IMG/VR virus record: IMGVR_UViG_3300007510_000006
Location: 1-59,372 of that record
DNA length: 59,372 nt
Reading direction: 5' to 3' (one strand)
DNA from: a virus
Taxonomy: Duplodnaviria; Caudoviricetes
Numbering within the stretch: position 1 is the stretch's first letter; each line of letters begins with the position of its first letter. The position numbers and the translations under genes are program-made. The notes beneath the pieces are model-generated. The model was not told the origin of the DNA and did no database searches. It saw only the letters and a program-made list of their open reading frames with translations. This document shows, in pieces, positions 29,999 to 39,818 of the stretch.

Positions 29999-30496
29999 CT
30001 AACTTATTTTATGCGCCAATACCTTTACAAAAAAATCCAAATCCCCGTAACCTTCAATACTATAAGAATCTATAGCGTACCGTTGCCCACCCCATCCCAA
30101 TTCAGCGTCACTTTCTCTATCAAATAAAGTATGATTCGGATGCCCTATTGGGTCATAAATCACATCGTCAAGGCGAAACATAACGTAGTAGGAGCCTTTA
30201 TGAAAGGACCCTGCTGGGAGTTGTTCTATTTCTCCGTAGCGAACTTTACTTGATGGTTCGGCAGAGGTAACAATTCCTAGTAGGCAGGAAGATGAGTCCT
30301 GATAGTCGAGGGTGGACTCCTCCACATAACTATCGAACTCATCAACAAAGAGATCGCCTCCCACTTGCAAATCTCTTTCTACTCTGGAAGGTTTGCCAAA
30401 ATAATAGACTTCACGGGCATGACGATTAAAGAGTCTCAGAAAAGTTTTCTGAGCTACTTTCGCTGATCGCGTACCCTTATTGACTGTTGAAGCCAT
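29999..30496 (-). CDS. Head closure (stopper) protein
   Basis: Position after adaptor; beta-rich C-terminus WGGQRYAIDS...FFVKVLA. Confidence 0.5.
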   Translation of the reverse strand: MASTVNKGTRSAKVAQKTFLRLFNRHAREVYYFGKPSRVERDLQVGGDLFVDEFDSYVEESTLDYQDSSSCLLGIVTSAEPSSKVRYGEIEQLPAGSFHKGSYYVMFRLDDVIYDPIGHPNHTLFDRESDAELGWGGQRYAIDSYSIEGYGDLDFFVKVLAHKIS

Positions 30497-30984
30497 TAGT
30501 CCTCTACACCTGTGTCATAAATTGGAATTCTTATGGGCATCATTTTCTTACCTAATTGGTAATCACGCAGCGCAGTTTTATAGTTATCTCTTAATATTTG
30601 AAGATTGGATTTCATGGAATTGATAACACTTTTCTCATCTAGGGAAGCGGGGCCGAGAGTTGTTGACACACCACCACCTTCAGCAATATACGAATAGTAC
30701 TCTGCCTCTAGTATTAGAAGCTGACCAGCAAGACAGTACATGGCCTCCGCTGTATCATTCATTCCAGAAATAAGGTAACTCGTGTAAACATTGTCATCTT
30801 CATCAGTAATATTGTCTGTTCCACCTAAACCAACTGAGTTAAGCCCGGAGTCTTGCTCAATGGCGACTCTTAGCATTTTCTTTAGTTGATTGTCAGTATA
30901 ACGATTCTCATTATCGTCTTCGTTGAAATCACCTATCATGACACGAATTCTGAGAAGCATTATTTCTAATTGAGACAGCGCCAT
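30496..30984 (-). CDS. Head-tail adaptor protein
   Basis: IRVMIGD...RYTDNQL N-terminal motif typical of gp6/gp15-type adaptors. Confidence 0.6.
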   Translation of the reverse strand: MALSQLEIMLLRIRVMIGDFNEDDNENRYTDNQLKKMLRVAIEQDSGLNSVGLGGTDNITDEDDNVYTSYLISGMNDTAEAMYCLAGQLLILEAEYYSYIAEGGGVSTTLGPASLDEKSVINSMKSNLQILRDNYKTALRDYQLGKKMMPIRIPIYDTGVED

Positions 30985-30995
30985 TAGAAACCTCT

Positions 30996-31481
30996 TTAAG
31001 TGTCGTACTCTTCACCAGTTTCAACATCGATGCTAGAGATCTCACCTTCTAGCCTAATGATTCTGGCCTCAATAATCTTTATAAAATCATCTCGACTGCG
31101 TGTGGCGGCTTCCTCAAGCAGTCTCTTTAGGTTTGCTATACCTAACTGTTCTACATGGGTAGAGAAAACAGCCGCCGGGAGAGCAAAATAATTAAACATA
31201 TCTTCGTGAGATAATAATTCTTCACCATCGGCTAGCTTTACTCCATATAGAATGACTTCTCCGTCTTCTGTAATATGAACACTTTCATCTAATTTAAGCC
31301 ACCGCTGTAATTTGCGATCTTTCTGGCAATTAACCCATGCTTTCCAAGTAATTTCAGCTACTTGGCCTGAGGTAATTATCACAGACTTATCGCCGTCCAT
31401 GATGGCAATGTGACCAGCACCCATAACATTCTTTACGCGAACAATCGAATTTGAATCTTGAATTTTAAACACATTACTCAT
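30996..31481 (-). CDS. Hypothetical head-associated protein
   Basis: Follows capsid gene; start refined to ATG 31481 (MSNVFK) with GGGAGG SD. Confidence 0.55.
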   Translation of the reverse strand: MSNVFKIQDSNSIVRVKNVMGAGHIAIMDGDKSVIITSGQVAEITWKAWVNCQKDRKLQRWLKLDESVHITEDGEVILYGVKLADGEELLSHEDMFNYFALPAAVFSTHVEQLGIANLKRLLEEAATRSRDDFIKIIEARIIRLEGEISSIDVETGEEYDT

Positions 31482-31510
31482 GTGTCGCCTCCCTTCAAAA
31501 GAAGGTCGCC

Positions 31511-31540
31511 GGGGCGAGAGCAACCTGACGCTCTCGCCCC
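31511..31540 (-). terminator. GC-rich stem-loop after major capsid gene (terminator or mRNA stabiliser)
   Basis: Perfect 11-bp stem GGGGCGAGAGC/GCTCTCGCCCC, 8-nt loop; no immediate U-tract. Confidence 0.55.
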
Positions 31541-31559
31541 ATATCAACCTATTTAACTA

Positions 31560-32558
31560 TTAAGTTGCAGCACCCATCTGGATACGGAAGCCACGCTTAA
31601 GCTCAGGATCCTGAGCCAAGACAACGTACTTCTGGTCTCCACCGACGAAGCGTACCGAACGCATGGCTTGGAAGTCAGAGACGGCTTCGATGCCATAAAT
31701 ATTGGCGATCTCACCCATTCTGTCACCGATAATGTAAACATTATTAGTGTCCCAAGTGTAGCGGCCATACTTGTCATCCTGGAATTCAGGGATAGTAATG
31801 ACGTTAGCACCGCGATACTGACCAATCCAACCACGCTTCTGCAGTTCTTCCTTCTGACCTGGAGTCGCCTCGTTGGCGAGGAATCCAGTGAAGTCGCAGA
31901 TCGGCAGTAGATAATCGGCATGGCCGACGATAGCCTTTACGCCACCAGTACGGGCGATGACCTTGCGGAGAGCAAAGTCCAGTGTACCCTTATCGAGTTC
32001 GTAGCCACCAGTATAGATGTAGTTCTCATTACCAGCGTCTGTGTAACCATAGGTACCATCAACATCAACGATGTCATCACCATTGACGTAAGTATGGAGT
32101 TCATTAAGAACCTTGGCCATCTTCTTCTTGGCCAAGATGTCGCGAATACCCTCACGGATACTGGCAACGGAGCCGTAGTTACCATTAATTATATCTTCCT
32201 GATAAAGTTCGATAGTTGCGTTCTCATACTCATCAGGGATATAGACAATGGAACGGCTTTTCTTCAGGCGGAAAGACTGACGAATACCACCGGCAGAAAC
32301 CGTGGTGGCGGTGAAGCCATCAAGATCCTTGAACACAATGCGAGTAGCATTGCGCGGAAGAGTGGTACTCTTCAGAATCAGAGGAGTGAGATCCACATAG
32401 CGGAACTCATCCATTGCCTGACGGGTGATCTCAGCAGCAAACGCATGCCAAGCACCATTCATTTCAGGATTTTTAAAGTCCTCCGCGAGGCGCTTTAGCT
32501 GTTTCTCCAGCTTCGCATCAGCTTCGGATTCCTGAGTTCTGTGACGAATAACATCCAT
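31560..32558 (-). CDS. Major capsid protein (HK97 fold inferred)
   Basis: 332 aa after protease and decoration genes; GWIGQYRGANVITIP, NNVYIIG; biased codon use; downstream stem-loop. Confidence 0.75.
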   Translation of the reverse strand: MDVIRHRTQESEADAKLEKQLKRLAEDFKNPEMNGAWHAFAAEITRQAMDEFRYVDLTPLILKSTTLPRNATRIVFKDLDGFTATTVSAGGIRQSFRLKKSRSIVYIPDEYENATIELYQEDIINGNYGSVASIREGIRDILAKKKMAKVLNELHTYVNGDDIVDVDGTYGYTDAGNENYIYTGGYELDKGTLDFALRKVIARTGGVKAIVGHADYLLPICDFTGFLANEATPGQKEELQKRGWIGQYRGANVITIPEFQDDKYGRYTWDTNNVYIIGDRMGEIANIYGIEAVSDFQAMRSVRFVGGDQKYVVLAQDPELKRGFRIQMGAAT

Positions 32559-32576
32559 TATTGTCTACTCCTCAAA

Positions 32577-33143
32577 TTAGTAGTTTACTCTGGCGAACGC
32601 ACCAGTAGTCATGTAGGTAACGTAGCCGTTCTTGTATTCCATGAAGATTGCGCGAGCCTTGCTTGTGGTCGCCTCTGCATAAGTCAGAGTCCACAGTCCC
32701 ATGGCAGGAGCAGCGCCATCAATATACATGGGGTCGCCATAGGCGGCAGCAGCCCATGTGGCTTGAGCGCCAGCAAGACCGGAGGTATTATCGGCGGTCA
32801 CATAGTCCTCAACGATAACACCCGGTTGATTAAGGTCGATACACACAATAGGTGTATTATCTAGGATTTTCTGCCCATAGGCGAACAGTGAGTCCTCATA
32901 CTCGTCTTCGTTGGGCCACTTGTACATGAGGAAGAACATGGCGGTTTCACCAGTAGTGTCTTCCCATACATTGTTGACCGAATCGATACGTTTGACGAAT
33001 TTGCGAGGCTCGAAAACTACGGCAGTTCCGTCCGCAGTGGTGACATCGCTAAGGACGCCAATCTGGCCCTGCCACACAACGCCACGACTCTTGAAGTTGC
33101 CGTTGTGGACAAATTCGGGCGCATTAGGAAAGCTAAGATACAT
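32577..33143 (-). CDS. Capsid decoration/cement protein (putative)
   Basis: 188 aa between scaffold and capsid; YGDPMYID...GLWT pattern. Confidence 0.5.
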   Translation of the reverse strand: MYLSFPNAPEFVHNGNFKSRGVVWQGQIGVLSDVTTADGTAVVFEPRKFVKRIDSVNNVWEDTTGETAMFFLMYKWPNEDEYEDSLFAYGQKILDNTPIVCIDLNQPGVIVEDYVTADNTSGLAGAQATWAAAAYGDPMYIDGAAPAMGLWTLTYAEATTSKARAIFMEYKNGYVTYMTTGAFARVNY

Positions 33144-33157
33144 GTGTAACTAACTCC

Positions 33158-34900
33158 TTAGTTTTTGTTATAAAGTTCAGGACGTGCGTTTTTGTGAGTT
33201 GCGCGCATTACACGGACAAGCTCCCTAGTATTGGGATCTTTGATGTGGGCAAGAACAATCTCGTCCTCATCTTTTCCGCCTTTTGGCGCACGCTTACGCT
33301 TTTTCGACGCCTCTACTCGTGATTCGGACTCATCATCCTCATCAGTCTCATCTTCGGAAGCCTCAGAATCATTTTCGTCATCTGTGGTATCGTCATCGGT
33401 CTCTTCCTCATCTGTCTCTTCCTCGTCAGCCTTCGCGTCTTTCTCGTCGTCAGCTTCAGAGTCATCGTCAGAATCCTGTTCGTCACCGGCGTCTTCCTTC
33501 TCAGGATCGCCAGCAGTTACTTGAAGAAGAGCCAACTCTTTAATAGCTTCCACATCATCGTCTGATGCTGCCTTAAACAGTTTGACAAACTTTTCTTCCT
33601 GCTCGGAACTCAAGGTAAGTCCAGCCTCTTTCAGAGAAGAGATGTGATCTAGAGCGCGAGCCATAGCATCACGCTCGGCAATATCACTCTCAAGCTCACC
33701 GATCTTCTCGGTTGCTGTTTCAAGCTGATCTTTAAGGGAAGTATTCTCCTCTTTGATCGCCTCAGTTTCAGAATTTTTTTCCATCTCATCAACTTTGGCA
33801 GCGACAGCTTTCTCTAGCTCGGCCTTAAAATACTCTTTGAATTCCTCAGTGTTCTTAATTAGGTCAAAATCTTTCATTGAGCTATCTCCTCCTTTAGAAG
33901 AGCTTGAACATCGGGAACACGAAATGTTAGAGTGATCCCAAACAACTTGTTTGTTATCGCTCGCGTAAGAATACAGAGGTCCACGGCTAGCCGCTGCCGC
34001 CATAACCTCTTCTTCGGAGAAATCTTTCAGATCAAGAAGAACTGCGTTATCTTCAGCAGGATGCTTAACATAGGCACCGCCAACGAAAGTAACGCCTAAT
34101 AGTATCCTGCCTGTTGCTGAGGCTTCGTCGTAACGATGCCACAGATGTTCACAATAGTCAATAGGGCTATCGTAAACCTCATTACACTCTGAGCATTGGG
34201 CGCTCTCAAACATGCACTCCATCGAGAACTTAAGTGTTCCCTTTTCTGCTCGTAGTATCAGCAGTTCAGCTTCATCTAAAAACCTATCCTTGTAAAAAAC
34301 AGCAAGAGCTTTGATAGCTTTACGCATCTCATGCTGTCCTTTATCAGAATCATAGACAGTAATATCCACTAACTCTGAATCATAATAGACCCCTTGGATA
34401 TCTTTTAAACCGTGTTCCTCGGTTAAAGGCATACCAATTAGAGTTTTATATGACTTCGCTAGTTCATCTGCAGTGAATTGGTCTTTGTTGGCATTCACGC
34501 CTTCAACAACTAAAATAAGCTCAAGGAGAATTAAATCGTCTCTATCTGCTAAGAGGGCTTTAATCTCCTGACTATTCTCGGATGCGGAGGCAATGTTTTC
34601 TACGGATATTTTCTTCGCTTCAACGAAGACGGCATCTAGCGTAACCTTATTAATATCAGTAGTTTTTCTATTTTTTGGAAGTGCGCTCATGTTCTCTTTT
34701 AGTAGAAATAATTCAACAGCATTCTGTACACTAGAAGCAAAGATTGTATTCTTCTGGGCGTAGCCGTCACTCTTTGAGTAGGAGTGCATCTTATTGAAGA
34801 TGGTAACTGCCTTTTTTCTTAGCACTTCCTTGTTTTCTGTGGGCAGCTTAAGCTCTAGCTCAGAAGTAATTTCATCAATATACCGTGTCTTATAAGACAT
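33158..34900 (-). CDS. Prohead protease with C-terminal acidic scaffold
   Basis: NANKDQF, PLTEEH, FSMEC...CSEC...YCEHL, VTFVGGAYVKHPA; coiled coil and D/E-rich tail. Confidence 0.75.
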   Translation of the reverse strand: MSYKTRYIDEITSELELKLPTENKEVLRKKAVTIFNKMHSYSKSDGYAQKNTIFASSVQNAVELFLLKENMSALPKNRKTTDINKVTLDAVFVEAKKISVENIASASENSQEIKALLADRDDLILLELILVVEGVNANKDQFTADELAKSYKTLIGMPLTEEHGLKDIQGVYYDSELVDITVYDSDKGQHEMRKAIKALAVFYKDRFLDEAELLILRAEKGTLKFSMECMFESAQCSECNEVYDSPIDYCEHLWHRYDEASATGRILLGVTFVGGAYVKHPAEDNAVLLDLKDFSEEEVMAAAASRGPLYSYASDNKQVVWDHSNISCSRCSSSSKGGDSSMKDFDLIKNTEEFKEYFKAELEKAVAAKVDEMEKNSETEAIKEENTSLKDQLETATEKIGELESDIAERDAMARALDHISSLKEAGLTLSSEQEEKFVKLFKAASDDDVEAIKELALLQVTAGDPEKEDAGDEQDSDDDSEADDEKDAKADEEETDEEETDDDTTDDENDSEASEDETDEDDESESRVEASKKRKRAPKGGKDEDEIVLAHIKDPNTRELVRVMRATHKNARPELYNKN

Positions 34901-34922
34901 TGTGACTCCTAATGATTATTTC

Positions 34923-35171
34923 TTAGTGAGAAAGAAGATTGGTAATAATGGCGGTAACTATACTAACAACAAAAGCTACGCCTCCTGATAAAAAACTTAA
35001 TCTAACTTTGAACTCAGTCCTTAACGCAACAAAATTCTCATTCAGCGTTCGGTGTTTCTCGTCCAATGCTTCATAAGCAACATTTAATCTCTCTAGTTCG
35101 GCCAAGACATGCCTTCCCCATTCATTCCAACCGTTGGTGGATGCTCCGGGTTTAAAATCATTTCCATTCAT
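34923..35171 (-). CDS. Small coiled-coil protein with C-terminal transmembrane helix
   Basis: GWNEWGRHVLAELERLN, heptads, then FLSGGVAFVVSIVTAIITNLL. Confidence 0.6.
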   Translation of the reverse strand: MNGNDFKPGASTNGWNEWGRHVLAELERLNVAYEALDEKHRTLNENFVALRTEFKVRLSFLSGGVAFVVSIVTAIITNLLSH

Positions 35172-35204
35172 AGTCGTATTTTTCGCTTTCGTAAAGGAAG
35201 TGAT

Positions 35205-35819
35205 CTAGCTAGGTTCTTCTAGAATTTTAAACCTAGACCATAAAATTGGAGCAATATGACCGGCAATAATCTGAAGTTTGTGGATATCTCTATCTGTATA
35301 ATCAGTTTCTTTGTTTGCTACGATTAGTATTCCAGTGTAGCCATTGTTGCAGACGAAGGGAACAGTTATATGTCGTAATATTGGTTCATGCCAGAGGGGT
35401 ATTCCCTTGGAGGGTGTGTTACTGTGCCGTAACTTCCCGTCTTGGTACGACTTAGCCCAAGAAGCTCCTGAGTTTTTCCACACATGGAACGGAAATATCA
35501 CATGTTTCCCTCCACACAGATTACAGTCTAGATAGGTTAAGGAGTCTCGCACTTCTTCGTTAATGATATCTTCAGTTATCGAAGGGCATATGGAATTAGT
35601 CCCGTCAAAATACCCAAATAATCCGAACTTGCTTTCAGTCACTTCTAATATAATCTCTAATACTTTATTAAATACTGTGTCGTCAGGCGTATCTAAGAAT
35701 GCTTTGACAATCCTATTTCGGATCTCAAGCTCTTCTATGAAGGCTTGCTCTTTCTCTTCCGCCTTAGTTAGCTTCTCTGTAAGTTCCCTTAACTTCTGAA
35801 GATTCGAATTATTAACCAT
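35205..35819 (-). CDS. Stand-alone GAF-domain protein
   Basis: VLEIILEVTESKFGLFGYFD...HITVPFV...GILIVANKETDYTDRDIHKLQIIAGHIAP; start refined to MVNNS to avoid portal overlap. Confidence 0.75.
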   Translation of the reverse strand: MVNNSNLQKLRELTEKLTKAEEKEQAFIEELEIRNRIVKAFLDTPDDTVFNKVLEIILEVTESKFGLFGYFDGTNSICPSITEDIINEEVRDSLTYLDCNLCGGKHVIFPFHVWKNSGASWAKSYQDGKLRHSNTPSKGIPLWHEPILRHITVPFVCNNGYTGILIVANKETDYTDRDIHKLQIIAGHIAPILWSRFKILEEPS

Positions 35820-35835
35820 AAATTTATATCCAATG

Positions 35836-38184
35836 CTAGGATGAAATCTTACTCCAATTGTTAGGATCTTTTTTAGGAATATTAGTATCTGCATTTTTAG
35901 GTTTCGACGTATGCTCTATATACGAACAATTACACGCGGGATGAACGGGGATTCGTTCAGCTATTTCGCCTATCGGCATAGATTTACCGTGCATTGCTTC
36001 GCAGTACGGACAGCTATTAACGAATGATGTTTCCCAAGTTCCCCAAGTCTTACCTCTTGCAATACTGGAAGTAACCTTTGCAGCTATTTCAGCTTTCTTG
36101 GAAAAGGAGACTTCGTATTTGTGTATTCTTTGAGCAAGAGCAGAACTAAATATAACAGTAAATGCGGCGAGTTTTACTTCCAGATCTAAACCATTATCTA
36201 GTTCATCTATCTTTTCTGAAAGTGAATCGTACCATGAGTCATATGACTCCTCTACCCAAAAAATAGTTTTTTCCAAGGTTTCTGGATCTTGGGAGATATC
36301 TTTCTCTAGGGAGTCTTTGTACATGTCTTCTACATGCTTGGAACTTATGCTCTTTAAATTTCCGAAGAGGACAATTAAAGCGCCAAGTATAGCAGACTTT
36401 GAGATGTTGTCTTTTTCAACCCTATTTAAAATTCGCTGCGTATGTGTCTCGTAAAGTGTTCTTATATCATCCTTTAGGGACGCGATGGCAAGCTCTTTAT
36501 TTGTCTTGACTGAAGCGGCAACATCATCTGTGTCTTCTTCTGTTAATGTCTCTTCTTTGGTAGGAGGCGATCCGGGATTTTTTGATGGATCTGAATTGAA
36601 TGGAAGGATAGGTATACCATGTTCCTCAACAATGCCATTCTCGGACTCGAAGTCTCTACGATCTTTTTCTGTTTCAAATTCAAATCCACCATCAGCGAGT
36701 GTAGTTTTTTGGGAAGTCATTCCTCTATCATAATAGAACTTACTATAGGCTAACAGCATCTCTGGGTCGTGTAGATTCATTCTAGAGAATTTGAAAGTAG
36801 GATACTCCGCTTTATATTTATTTTCTTCAGCGATAGCTCTACCAATTCGTTCCATAAATGGAACCAGTCTCATATTACGAATATCTTGTGTTAAGAATTC
36901 TCTAAGGCCAGAGAACGAAACATAAGCATTATCCGTTCTAGTCTCGCTGTAACCATCAATCAATATTCTCGGTATTCCGAGTGCAGCGAGGATATCGCGA
37001 TCAACGTGTTCGTAGCGATTCGTATACTCAAATACTTTGCCGTCAGCGCCAATATCCAAAACACTAATGTCATCTCCCGGCCAGATAATAAGCTCATTGG
37101 TTTTAGGCTTACTTATAAGATCTTCTAGGGCCATAAGACGTTCAGGGGTTATAGTTACATTATTGTTTCCAGTATCTATAATTCCTGCTTTGATAATGGT
37201 TAAGCGGTTAATCATTCCAGTGATTGTAGCTTCATCAAGAGCGCGGATACGATGCTTCTTGGCAACTGGCTCAAAAGAAGGAAGTAGGAAGCTGCGACCA
37301 AAACGGATGAAGTCATCGTCATCTAACTTAATATGCGAAGTCAGTGATGGAATCTTTTTCTCGCCGGGGAAAAGATTAACAGTTTCTGAGCCACCCTTAA
37401 TCTGTCTGACAATTTCGGGGTCTAGCTGCTCTACTACTAGCTTTTCCGAAGGAGTTTTGCTTTCTTTCTTTACTAGTTCAACAAGAGACTCTGGAACTCT
37501 AATCTTGATAATTTCACGGCCATAAAGCGCTGGAAGTTCGGGTATATCAATAGAAAGAACATCATGAATATCAAGACGAGTAGGTAGGGAAACTCTTTTG
37601 TATTTTATAGTCCCAGTATCGCTTACAAGGGGAACCTTTACCTTTTCCCAGTTCTCACTTGTAATAAGATCACCATCTATAAGAAGGCGGCGAACAAAGC
37701 GCCCAAGGACTACCTGAATTCCTGGCATTCCTTTTGCAAACTGAGGTAATTCATCAAGCGCTGTTACATTCTTTAACCAATAGGTAAGTATTTGCGCGAA
37801 CTCAGGCTCTTCAACATTCTCATAGCTTCCAGGGGTTACTGTAAATGAAACAAGTCTTTTGATCCCGGTGGAAACTAAAGGCTCAAAGCGATGTATTTGA
37901 CGGGCAAGCTTTACTTCTCGTATTTTTGTATCCTTGGCGTCTTCGCCTTCTTCATCGCCATAAACAGTGGCATAATTCTCAAGCTCGGTTGAGAGATAAG
38001 TAGAAGGGTTCTTTACTTTATTGGAAAAATATGTTGCTGTAGATAATTGATGATCGATGACACGCATATATCTAGCATTTATATCATTGGCAGATAGGTT
38101 TTGATAATCCTCTAGTTTCTTTAGAGGATGAATTTCAGGGCGATTTGGCACATCGCCTGTTTCTATCTGTCTATAATCGCTCAT
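35836..38184 (-). CDS. Portal protein fused to Mu gpF/SPP1 gp7-like domain
   Basis: RLLIDGD, FGRSFL, ILAALGIPRILIDG portal-like motifs; C-terminal CPYCEAMHGK...PVHPACNC. Confidence 0.75.
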   Translation of the reverse strand: MSDYRQIETGDVPNRPEIHPLKKLEDYQNLSANDINARYMRVIDHQLSTATYFSNKVKNPSTYLSTELENYATVYGDEEGEDAKDTKIREVKLARQIHRFEPLVSTGIKRLVSFTVTPGSYENVEEPEFAQILTYWLKNVTALDELPQFAKGMPGIQVVLGRFVRRLLIDGDLITSENWEKVKVPLVSDTGTIKYKRVSLPTRLDIHDVLSIDIPELPALYGREIIKIRVPESLVELVKKESKTPSEKLVVEQLDPEIVRQIKGGSETVNLFPGEKKIPSLTSHIKLDDDDFIRFGRSFLLPSFEPVAKKHRIRALDEATITGMINRLTIIKAGIIDTGNNNVTITPERLMALEDLISKPKTNELIIWPGDDISVLDIGADGKVFEYTNRYEHVDRDILAALGIPRILIDGYSETRTDNAYVSFSGLREFLTQDIRNMRLVPFMERIGRAIAEENKYKAEYPTFKFSRMNLHDPEMLLAYSKFYYDRGMTSQKTTLADGGFEFETEKDRRDFESENGIVEEHGIPILPFNSDPSKNPGSPPTKEETLTEEDTDDVAASVKTNKELAIASLKDDIRTLYETHTQRILNRVEKDNISKSAILGALIVLFGNLKSISSKHVEDMYKDSLEKDISQDPETLEKTIFWVEESYDSWYDSLSEKIDELDNGLDLEVKLAAFTVIFSSALAQRIHKYEVSFSKKAEIAAKVTSSIARGKTWGTWETSFVNSCPYCEAMHGKSMPIGEIAERIPVHPACNCSYIEHTSKPKNADTNIPKKDPNNWSKISS

Positions 38185-39211
38185 TTAATAATTCCTTGTA
38201 TGTGCCTTTTATGCCCGCTGCATAAAATTGTGATTTGAATCTACCCTGCCAATGTTCATACCCCAAACGACCAAGTTCTTCTCGTAATAGTGGTCTGGCG
38301 ATTAAAGATGCAGTTGCTTCAGCTAGGGCTTCTACGTTATTAAATGGAGCTAAGATGCCGCCAGGGCCAACTGTTTCGGGGATTGCTGACTCATTATAGC
38401 TTACTACGGGAATTCCGCACATCAAAGGTTCTAATAACGAAAACCCGAAGGCTTCAAATTCACTAGGATAAAGACAAAAATCTGACGCATTATAAAGATC
38501 AAACTTGTCTTGTTCTGACAAATACCCTAACTCTACAATATTAGGATTATCTGCTTGGGATTTCAGATACTTAAGCATTCCTGCGGAATCTTTGCCGCCG
38601 ATAATCCAGTGAACATTCTCTAGATGTCTAAAATAGGAAGCGACTTTATAAAAGTCTTCTATATGCTTTACTGTTTCAATTGAACCGACTCTTGAAATTA
38701 AAACGGCGTCTCTGTCAAATCCGTAAAAGTCACGCCAGTCGGTGAAATTTAAAGAGGGCGGTAAGGGATCTGATCCATATGGAATCACTTGGGGGTTAAG
38801 CTGGGGATTTAAACTGGCCGAATACTCCGAAGGAACAATGACCTTTGCAAGGTGTTCCATATCGAAATGACAACCCTTAGTACAATTTACTGTCATAACG
38901 ACAGGAACCGATAATTCAGTTATGTACGTTGGAAGGTTATCTCCAGGAAGATAAACATGTACAAGATCTATTTCGTTATCCTGTACAAATTTAGGAAGCT
39001 GTGGGTAATCAAAAGACAAGCGAGAAGTTTCCTCCATTACGACAACAGTTCCGTACTTCTCAAACTCTTGTTTTGCTTCTTCACTACTAACAGCAAAAAA
39101 TACAAAAAAATGATCGTATTCTGGCATGTTCTTCACAATATTTGTTACTGTTGGTGTCGTCCCACGTTCATTACAAAAACTTAAAACATGAAGAATCTTA
39201 TACTTTCCCAT
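38171..39211 (-). CDS. Glycosyltransferase family 4 (GT-B)
   Basis: KILHVL, VGSIETVKHIE, LYPSEFEAFGFSLLEPLMCGIPVV (E-x7-E). Confidence 0.9.
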   Translation of the reverse strand: MGKYKILHVLSFCNERGTTPTVTNIVKNMPEYDHFFVFFAVSSEEAKQEFEKYGTVVVMEETSRLSFDYPQLPKFVQDNEIDLVHVYLPGDNLPTYITELSVPVVMTVNCTKGCHFDMEHLAKVIVPSEYSASLNPQLNPQVIPYGSDPLPPSLNFTDWRDFYGFDRDAVLISRVGSIETVKHIEDFYKVASYFRHLENVHWIIGGKDSAGMLKYLKSQADNPNIVELGYLSEQDKFDLYNASDFCLYPSEFEAFGFSLLEPLMCGIPVVSYNESAIPETVGPGGILAPFNNVEALAEATASLIARPLLREELGRLGYEHWQGRFKSQFYAAGIKGTYKELLNERL

Positions 39212-39218
39212 TATTTTC

Positions 39219-39818
39219 CTAGACCTTTGTTAAAACCTGCCCTGCTCCTAAATCGTACTCCGAAACAATCTCTAGTCCAAAATGACTGATAGCTTCTCTT
39301 GTGTCTTCAGCATGAGGGCCGTAAATATAATCATCATAGGCAATATATTTACTACCTACTTTTATAGCTAACTCAGTGTCTGAGATTATGGCCTCTTTCG
39401 AGTGATCTCCGTCAATAAAAACAAAATCAAAATATCCATCTCTGAACTCTTTGAAGTCGCTTGCGGTGTACAGCTTCTTAGAATCTTCAAGTATAAAAGA
39501 AAATCTATCGGGAAATTTGTCCGAAAGTACCGCGAAAGATTTTTTATTTTCTTTTATGTCTACAGATACAACATTAGCGTCTGAGATTAACAGCCACATT
39601 AGAGAACTATTCCCAGCATTAAATCCTATTTCTAGTATATTACTGGGAGAGGCTATTCTGCACATATCCTCAATACCGGAAAAAGATGCTGGATATAGTT
39701 CCCCTGTATGTGCTTTTCCTAATTCTTGTCTTATAGCCTTATACGTTTGGTATTTTTTGTTATGCTCGTAATCCTCGCATTCCTTTATTCTTACCCTTGT
39801 TGTACTAACAGGAATCAT
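39219..39818 (-). CDS. Class I SAM-dependent methyltransferase (Methyltransf_24-like)
   Basis: ILEIGFNAGNS, VVSVD, FDFVFIDGDHS, IAYDDY. Confidence 0.85.
   Translation of the reverse strand: MIPVSTTRVRIKECEDYEHNKKYQTYKAIRQELGKAHTGELYPASFSGIEDMCRIASPSNILEIGFNAGNSSLMWLLISDANVVSVDIKENKKSFAVLSDKFPDRFSFILEDSKKLYTASDFKEFRDGYFDFVFIDGDHSKEAIISDTELAIKVGSKYIAYDDYIYGPHAEDTREAISHFGLEIVSEYDLGAGQVLTKV

Noticed and set aside
26916-30984. Contractile tail
   Set aside because: No sheath or baseplate wedge genes recognised; gene order fits a long non-contractile tail
33300-33510. TCA/TCG-rich tandem-like DNA
   Set aside because: Explained by the Asp/Glu-rich scaffold tail
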